Shown: piece after piece, positions 58,055 through 64,000 of the stretch
Layout of the letters: each line of letters opens with the position of its first letter
Position numbering within the stretch: position 1 is the first letter of the stretch
From: Escherichia coli
GTDB taxonomy: Bacteria; Pseudomonadota; Gammaproteobacteria; Enterobacterales; Enterobacteriaceae
Reading direction: 5' to 3' (one strand)
Assembly (NCBI RefSeq): GCF_003019035.1
Contig: NZ_CP027447.1
Length of the DNA stretch: 64,000 nt
Translations under genes and position numbers: made by a program
The notes under the pieces: model-generated
What the model was told of the DNA's origin: nothing
The model's database searches: none
The model's input: only the letters and a program-made list of their open reading frames with translations

Positions 58055-59077
58055 ATGATTAGATATAGTGGAATATTTCTATCGCTGTTAATGCTTTCAG
58101 GTTGTGCAACCGAAGCATTGAAGAATGAACAAGCTGAAACTGTTATTACTGCGGGTAACAAGGCGGTTGCGGCGAATGCAAGTTTCTTTAAACAATACTA
58201 TGCTTCTCGTGAAAATTTCCTTGTTAATTTTTATGCGACTAATCCGGATTGTGCATTGCGACCTGATTATGAAACGATTATGGAAAATAATACTAATAAA
58301 GAGTCCTTATGTATGCAATCAGAGAAAGGGGACAAAACATCGTATAAAGACGTTACTAAAGTTCAATTGGCAACAACAGAAAAACAAAAGCTACTGGCTT
58401 CACTTGAGGTCGTTAACAGTATGAGCTCCTATGTGGAGTTGTTGACGGTGGATATGGATGTTGACGATAGTAAACAAATTATATTACTTAATCAGGCGCT
58501 CGATCATGCAAACAACGCCCAAAAACTACTTGGACTTTCAGAAGGTGAAGAACTGACTAAGTCAGCTGTAGCTGTTAAAGATTTAGTTCAATATTTCAAT
58601 GGATTATATAAAGAGAAGATTAAATCAGAAAATGTTGGTAAAACGGTAGGTAGTGACTGGCCACGACTTCAAAGAAATTTACAAGATTTACTTGAAGATA
58701 TAGCAACGAAACAGCAGCAAATGGATCGGAATAATTTTGCGAACATCAGTAATAATTTTTATTACTATAATAAGGCCCGGGAAAATACTAAAAATATAGA
58801 ATTTAAGACATTAAAGAGCAGGCAGGAATTTTTGAGTGCAGTAATTAATCTTAATGAAAGCAGATTGCGTTCATCTGATCCGGCGGCTCCAGCAATACAA
58901 GCTATTAATGCCTTCATGGATAAAGGAAATCATCTACAAGATTTATACTCTAATAAATCTCTTTCAAAAGCGGATTTAGAGCGTAGGAATGAGATCCTGC
59001 GTGCTCAAGTTATTAGTGGTCTTCAGGCGTCAGAGGAGCTGGCAAAACTTCTTATTGCCAGCGGAGTTATGTTATAG
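58055..59077 (+). CDS. predicted lipoprotein of unknown function (340 aa)
   Basis: ATG preceded by AAGAGGTG RBS; N-terminus MIRYSGIFLSLLMLSGC has a signal peptide with LSGC lipobox (Ala at +2, not Asp); remainder Asn/Lys/Gln/Glu-rich, likely helical; no family recognisable by eye. Confidence 0.7.
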   Translation: MIRYSGIFLSLLMLSGCATEALKNEQAETVITAGNKAVAANASFFKQYYASRENFLVNFYATNPDCALRPDYETIMENNTNKESLCMQSEKGDKTSYKDVTKVQLATTEKQKLLASLEVVNSMSSYVELLTVDMDVDDSKQIILLNQALDHANNAQKLLGLSEGEELTKSAVAVKDLVQYFNGLYKEKIKSENVGKTVGSDWPRLQRNLQDLLEDIATKQQQMDRNNFANISNNFYYYNKARENTKNIEFKTLKSRQEFLSAVINLNESRLRSSDPAAPAIQAINAFMDKGNHLQDLYSNKSLSKADLERRNEILRAQVISGLQASEELAKLLIASGVML

Positions 59078-59086
59078 GAGGTCATT

Positions 59087-59395
59087 ATGAACGATGTGCA
59101 AAATCGACGAATACTGGCATTGCTCAATATGCTGTACTATGCCTTAGGAAACCGAACAACTTGCGATATATGTCACAAATATTTTATTCTGGTTTTGTCG
59201 GTAATGAATAATCTGACAATTAATTATGGCTCGCAAACGTCACCAGAACTGACTGGTATTAGTTATGAAGATGCTAATGATTTGATCACTGAATTAATAC
59301 TGTTTATTGAAGACGTCAATGCGGATAATGACATGGAATATCCCGCACACTTGAATAAAATTCAAGCTCTTCTTAATTTTGCCGTGGCTAATTAA
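59087..59395 (+). CDS. small acidic cytoplasmic protein of unknown function (102 aa)
   Basis: ATG 5 nt after AGGAGG RBS that overlaps the stop of the preceding lipoprotein gene (translational coupling); no signal peptide; CDICH motif and acidic C-terminal half. Confidence 0.65.
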   Translation: MNDVQNRRILALLNMLYYALGNRTTCDICHKYFILVLSVMNNLTINYGSQTSPELTGISYEDANDLITELILFIEDVNADNDMEYPAHLNKIQALLNFAVAN

Positions 59396-59416
59396 GCCAT
59401 TCAGTATCTAAAATTA

Positions 59417-59445
59417 GCACCTCAAGAGGCGATCTTTTGAGGTGC
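59417..59445 (-). terminator. hairpin downstream of btuR (probably bidirectional terminator)
   Basis: Inverted repeat GCACCTCAAGA...TCTTTTGAGGTGC immediately after btuR stop and after the cassette's second ORF. Confidence 0.55.
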
Positions 59446-59451
59446 TTTCCC

Positions 59452-60042
59452 TTAATAATCAATCCCTATTTGCGCCTTAACACCGGCATCAAACGCATGT
59501 TTGATGGGGCGCAGCTCACTCACCGTATCCGCCAGTTCAAGAATATCCCGATGACAGCCTCGACCCGTGATAATCACCGTCTGTTGATGTGGACGTTCAT
59601 TTAACGCCTGCACCACTTCTTCCAGTGGCAAATAGTCATACGCCACCATATAAGTCAGCTCATCGAGCAAAACCATATCCAGTGAAGGATCGGCCAGCAT
59701 TCGTTTGGCATGTTGCCAGACTTCACGGCAGGCCGCGGTATCAGATTCGCGATTTTGTGTATCCCAGGTAAAGCCCGTTGCCATCACCTGAAACTCAACG
59801 CCATGTGGCTCCAGTAGATTGCGCTCGCCATTAGGCCAGGTGCCTTTAATAAACTGCACGACGCCCACTTTTTTGCCATGGCCTACTGCACGAGTTGCCG
59901 TACCAAATGCCGCGGTGGTTTTGCCTTTTCCATTGCCGGTAAAGACGATGATAATACCGCGTTCATCCTGGGCCTGGGCCACACGAGCATCGACTTTTTC
60001 TTTCACTCGCTGCTGACGCTGTTGGTAGCGTTCATCACTCAT
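59452..60042 (-). CDS. btuR: corrinoid adenosyltransferase BtuR/CobA
   Basis: 196-aa ORF with P-loop-like GNGKGKTTAAFG. Confidence 0.93.
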   Translation of the reverse strand: MSDERYQQRQQRVKEKVDARVAQAQDERGIIIVFTGNGKGKTTAAFGTATRAVGHGKKVGVVQFIKGTWPNGERNLLEPHGVEFQVMATGFTWDTQNRESDTAACREVWQHAKRMLADPSLDMVLLDELTYMVAYDYLPLEEVVQALNERPHQQTVIITGRGCHRDILELADTVSELRPIKHAFDAGVKAQIGIDY

Positions 60043-60797
60043 TGGGAAATTCCTGGTTTACGGCCCGGTTGGGCGTCAAAGGTCATGCCGGTTTTACGGC
60101 GGCTGTCATCGCCCATCAGCCAGAGGTAGAGCGGCATGATATCAGCGGGGGTTTTAAGTTTCTGTGGATCTTCGGTCGGGAAGGCGCTGGCACGCATTGC
60201 GGTGCGCGTACCGCCTGGGTTAATGCAGTTGACGCGCAGGCGCTGCTGATATTCATCGGCCAGTACCTGCATCATCCCTTCGGTGGCAAATTTCGACGCT
60301 GCATATGCGCCCCAGTTGGCTCGTCCCTGACGTCCAACGCTTGATGAAGTAAAGACCAGTGAACCGGCGTCCGATTTGAGTAATAAAGGAAGCAGTGCCT
60401 GGGTGAGCATAAAGGTGGCATTAACGTTGACCTGTATGACGTCCTGCCAGACCTGTGGATTTTGTTCGCTCATTGGACAAACATCGCCGAGCAATCCGGC
60501 ATTATGCAAAACACCATCCAGACGCGGATAATTAACGGCAATGCGCTGTGCCAGTTGTTGGCAATCTTCGGACGTGCAGGTCAGCAAATCGAGAATAAAC
60601 CACTGTGGCTGACGCCCAGTTTCTTCGTTTATGTGGCTGGCTACCTGACGTAATTTTTCTTCATTACGGCCCAACAGAATCACTGTCGCACCATAGCGTG
60701 CATACGTCATCGCGGCTTCACGACCAATACCATTGCTGGCTCCCGTCACCAGGATAATGCGATCATTGAGTAAATCTTGTTTTGGCTGGTAATGCAT
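60039..60797 (-). CDS. yciK: short-chain dehydrogenase/reductase YciK
   Basis: 252-aa ORF with Rossmann motif TGASNGIG and catalytic YxxxK (YAASKFA); stop overlaps btuR start. Confidence 0.92.
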   Translation of the reverse strand: MHYQPKQDLLNDRIILVTGASNGIGREAAMTYARYGATVILLGRNEEKLRQVASHINEETGRQPQWFILDLLTCTSEDCQQLAQRIAVNYPRLDGVLHNAGLLGDVCPMSEQNPQVWQDVIQVNVNATFMLTQALLPLLLKSDAGSLVFTSSSVGRQGRANWGAYAASKFATEGMMQVLADEYQQRLRVNCINPGGTRTAMRASAFPTEDPQKLKTPADIMPLYLWLMGDDSRRKTGMTFDAQPGRKPGISQ

Positions 60798-61016
60798 GGC
60801 TACTCCTCAACGACGTTGTCTGTCGCGCTGCCAGTGTACTTTAAGACTTTGGGGCTTTATGCCTGAAACAGAAGGGCATTTCAATCAGCCTGGGGCGATA
60901 ACACCGCAAAATGGATACTTTGTCATACTTTCGCTGCAATAACATCTCTGCGAGACGGCTTAACATGCCTGTTGTAAACTGTGAGCCAAAGCGTTGTTTA
61001 ACCAAGGTGGGGACTC

Positions 61017-62066
61017 GTGGAATTGTTGTCTGAATATGGTTTGTTTTTGGCGAAAATCGTTACCGTTGTGCTAGCGATTGCGGCGATTGCCGCCATTATA
61101 GTCAATGTTGCTCAACGTAATAAACGCCAGCGTGGCGAGTTACGGGTCAACAATCTCAGCGAACAGTATAAGGAGATGAAAGAAGAACTGGCCGCGGCGC
61201 TGATGGACTCACATCAGCAAAAACAGTGGCACAAAGCGCAGAAGAAAAAGCACAAGCAAGAAGCGAAAGCAGCAAAAGCGAAAGCCAAACTGGGCGAGGT
61301 GGCAACTGACAGTAAACCCCGCGTCTGGGTGCTGGATTTTAAAGGCAGCATGGACGCCCATGAAGTGAACTCGCTACGTGAAGAGATAACGGCGGTACTC
61401 GCAGCATTCAAACCGCAGGATCAGGTTGTACTCCGTCTGGAAAGCCCTGGTGGCATGGTGCATGGTTACGGGTTGGCGGCTTCGCAGCTGCAGCGTCTGC
61501 GTGATAAAAACATTCCTTTAACTGTTACGGTAGACAAAGTCGCTGCCAGCGGCGGTTACATGATGGCCTGTGTGGCGGACAAAATTGTTTCCGCACCGTT
61601 TGCTATTGTGGGTTCCATTGGCGTGGTGGCACAAATGCCCAACTTTAACCGCTTCCTGAAAAGCAAAGATATTGATATCGAACTGCACACCGCCGGGCAG
61701 TATAAGCGCACGCTGACCTTGCTGGGTGAAAACACCGAAGAAGGGCGGGAGAAATTCCGCGAAGAGCTGAACGAAACGCATCAGTTATTTAAAGATTTTG
61801 TGAAGCGTATGCGTCCGTCTCTGGATATTGAACAGGTGGCAACGGGTGAACACTGGTACGGACAACAGGCGGTAGAGAAAGGCCTGGTTGATGAAATCAA
61901 CACCAGTGATGAAGTTATTCTTAGCCTGATGGAAGGCCGTGAAGTGGTCAATGTACGCTATATGCAGCGTAAACGACTCATTGACCGATTCACCGGCAGC
62001 GCGGCAGAGAGCGCCGATCGATTGTTGCTACGCTGGTGGCAGCGGGGTCAAAAGCCATTGATGTAA
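61017..62066 (+). CDS. sohB: S49-family periplasmic serine protease SohB
   Basis: 349-aa ORF MELLSEYGLFLAKIVTVVLAIAAIAAII...; GTG start. Confidence 0.92.
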   Translation: MELLSEYGLFLAKIVTVVLAIAAIAAIIVNVAQRNKRQRGELRVNNLSEQYKEMKEELAAALMDSHQQKQWHKAQKKKHKQEAKAAKAKAKLGEVATDSKPRVWVLDFKGSMDAHEVNSLREEITAVLAAFKPQDQVVLRLESPGGMVHGYGLAASQLQRLRDKNIPLTVTVDKVAASGGYMMACVADKIVSAPFAIVGSIGVVAQMPNFNRFLKSKDIDIELHTAGQYKRTLTLLGENTEEGREKFREELNETHQLFKDFVKRMRPSLDIEQVATGEHWYGQQAVEKGLVDEINTSDEVILSLMEGREVVNVRYMQRKRLIDRFTGSAAESADRLLLRWWQRGQKPLM

Positions 62067-62101
62067 AAGACAAACGCGAGGGTAAGACCTCGCGTTTTGC
62101 T

Positions 62102-62353
62102 TTAATCAACCAGGTGATATTTTTCTGAAAGCACATGGGCCAGGTGTTTGAACATATTAAACACCGCGGTGCTTTTGGCTGTTGGCAATCCTTGTTCATC
62201 TAAAAAGTAGTCGCCGGTAAATACCAGCACGCCATTACGCTGCGTGACGCCGGTGGCTTCAATCCCTGCGAGCGTATCCTCATGCTCACGAATGATTTTG
62301 TTGGCCTCTTTCAACAGCGTCTCGCGGTCGATGGGTTGTGTCTCTTTGTTCAT
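62102..62353 (-). CDS. yciN: YciN (DUF2498) small protein
   Basis: 83-aa [38 protein letters not shown]...; conserved position upstream of topA. Confidence 0.85.
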
Positions 62354-62732
62354 TATTTACTCCTTAAACAAGGACATTAGTCTACGCCAGGCATGGCTTG
62401 CAGACAAATATACCACGCTGATGGCAAGAGCGCCTTACTGGCAACTTTGGATTTTGCATGCTAATAAAGTTGCGTATCGGATTTTATCAGGTACAGTGTG
62501 ACGCTTTCGTCAATCTGGCAATAGATTTGCTTGACATTCGACCAAAATTCCGTCGTGCTATAGCGCCTGTAGGCCAAGACCTGTTAACTCAGTCACCTGA
62601 ATTTTCGTGAACAGAGTCACGACAAGGGGTTGATATCCGCAGAGAGCGAGTCCATATCGGTAACTCGTTGCCAGTGGAAGGTTTATCAACGTGCGACGCA
62701 TTCCTGGAAGAATCAAATTAGGTAAGGTGAAT

Positions 62733-64000
62733 ATGGGTAAAGCTCTTGTCATCGTTGAGTCCCCGGCAAAAGCCAAAACGATCAACAAGTATCTGGGTAG
62801 TGACTACGTGGTGAAATCCAGCGTCGGTCACATCCGCGATTTGCCGACCAGTGGCTCAGCTGCCAAAAAGAGTGCCGACTCTACCTCCACCAAGACGGCT
62901 AAAAAGCCTAAAAAGGATGAACGTGGCGCTCTCGTCAACCGTATGGGGGTTGACCCGTGGCACAATTGGGAGGCGCACTATGAAGTGTTGCCTGGTAAAG
63001 AGAAGGTCGTCTCTGAACTGAAACAACTGGCTGAAAAAGCCGACCACATCTATCTCGCAACCGACCTTGACCGCGAAGGGGAAGCCATTGCATGGCACCT
63101 GCGGGAAGTGATTGGTGGTGATGATGCGCGCTATAGCCGAGTGGTGTTTAACGAAATTACTAAAAACGCGATCCGCCAGGCATTTAACAAACCGGGTGAG
63201 CTGAATATTGATCGTGTTAATGCCCAGCAGGCGCGTCGCTTTATGGACCGCGTGGTGGGGTATATGGTTTCGCCGCTGCTATGGAAAAAGATCGCTCGTG
63301 GTCTGTCTGCCGGTCGTGTGCAGTCGGTGGCGGTTCGCCTGGTGGTCGAGCGTGAGCGTGAAATTAAAGCGTTCGTGCCGGAAGAGTTCTGGGAAGTCGA
63401 TGCCAGCACGACCACGCCATCTGGTGAAGCGTTGGCGTTACAGGTCACTCATCAGAACGACAAACCGTTCCGCCCGGTCAACAGAGAACAAACTCAGGCT
63501 GCGGTAAGTCTGCTGGAAAAAGCGCGCTACAGCGTGCTGGAACGTGAAGACAAACCGACAACCAGTAAACCTGGCGCTCCTTTTATTACCTCTACGCTGC
63601 AACAAGCTGCCAGCACCCGTCTTGGATTTGGCGTGAAAAAAACCATGATGATGGCGCAGCGTTTGTATGAAGCAGGCTATATCACTTACATGCGTACCGA
63701 CTCCACTAACCTGAGTCAGGACGCGGTAAATATGGTTCGCGGTTATATCAGCGATAATTTTGGTAAGAAATATCTGCCGGAAAGTCCGAATCAGTACGCC
63801 AGCAAAGAAAACTCACAGGAAGCGCACGAAGCGATTCGTCCTTCTGACGTCAATGTGATGGCGGAATCGTTGAAGGATATGGAAGCAGATGCGCAGAAAC
63901 TGTACCAGTTAATCTGGCGTCAGTTCGTAGCCTGCCAGATGACCCCAGCGAAATATGACTCCACGACGCTGACCGTTGGTGCGGGCGATTTCCGCCTGAA
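62733..64000 (+). CDS. topA: DNA topoisomerase I, N-terminal part (3' end outside window)
   Basis: ATG at 62733 followed by open frame to window end; hand translation [38 protein letters not shown]... (Toprim domain). Confidence 0.93.
   Translation, partial: MGKALVIVESPAKAKTINKYLGSDYVVKSSVGHIRDLPTSGSAAKKSADSTSTKTAKKPKKDERGALVNRMGVDPWHNWEAHYEVLPGKEKVVSELKQLAEKADHIYLATDLDREGEAIAWHLREVIGGDDARYSRVVFNEITKNAIRQAFNKPGELNIDRVNAQQARRFMDRVVGYMVSPLLWKKIARGLSAGRVQSVAVRLVVEREREIKAFVPEEFWEVDASTTTPSGEALALQVTHQNDKPFRPVNREQTQAAVSLLEKARYSVLEREDKPTTSKPGAPFITSTLQQAASTRLGFGVKKTMMMAQRLYEAGYITYMRTDSTNLSQDAVNMVRGYISDNFGKKYLPESPNQYASKENSQEAHEAIRPSDVNVMAESLKDMEADAQKLYQLIWRQFVACQMTPAKYDSTTLTVGAGDFRL

Larger units (their letters stand above)
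57930..59416 (+). other. low-GC two-gene accessory cassette inserted between rluB and btuR
   Basis: Sampled 60-nt lines give about 25-28% GC against ~50% in flanking genes; bounded by terminator hairpins on both sides; contains two co-oriented ORFs with strong RBSs; no counterpart recalled in E. coli K-12 where rluB and btuR are adjacent. Confidence 0.6.

Noticed and set aside
57930-59416. Interpretation of the rluB-btuR cassette as an IS element or prophage remnant
   Set aside because: No transposase or integrase ORF, no terminal inverted repeats or target-site duplication could be seen; it is reported as an accessory cassette of unknown origin.

Overview
This window is an enterobacterial (Escherichia coli-type) core chromosomal segment running from the 3' end of prfA to the 5' part of topA. 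Nearly all of it is recognisable housekeeping sequence: prfA-prmC-ychQ-ychA-kdsA, a single ldr/rdl type I toxin-antitoxin locus, chaABC, ychN, ychO, narLX, narK, narGHJI, two tandem tRNA-Tyr genes, purU, ychJ, rssAB, galU, hns, tdk, adhE, ychE, oppABCDF, yciU, cls, yciY, kch, yciI, tonB, yciA/B/C, ompW, yciE/F/G, the trpLEDCBA operon with its attenuator, yciV/O/Q, rluB, btuR, yciK, sohB, yciN and topA. Gene identities were assigned by reading the supplied translations and sequence motifs; no database search was possible. Start codons were corrected where the ORF track over-extends, since it begins at the first ATG/GTG/TTG. The one region that looks accessory is a low-GC, terminator-bounded two-gene cassette between rluB and btuR (about 57930..59416), encoding a predicted 340-aa lipoprotein and a 102-aa acidic cytoplasmic protein; this is the best candidate for an undescribed system. 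Secondary observations are a yciF reading frame that is split relative to its paralog yciE, a single ldr/rdl copy, a very short spacer between the two tRNA-Tyr genes, and a perfect 12-bp palindrome upstream of rluB. All comparisons to E. coli K-12 are from memory and need alignment to confirm. No CRISPR array, transposase, integrase or prophage gene was seen.
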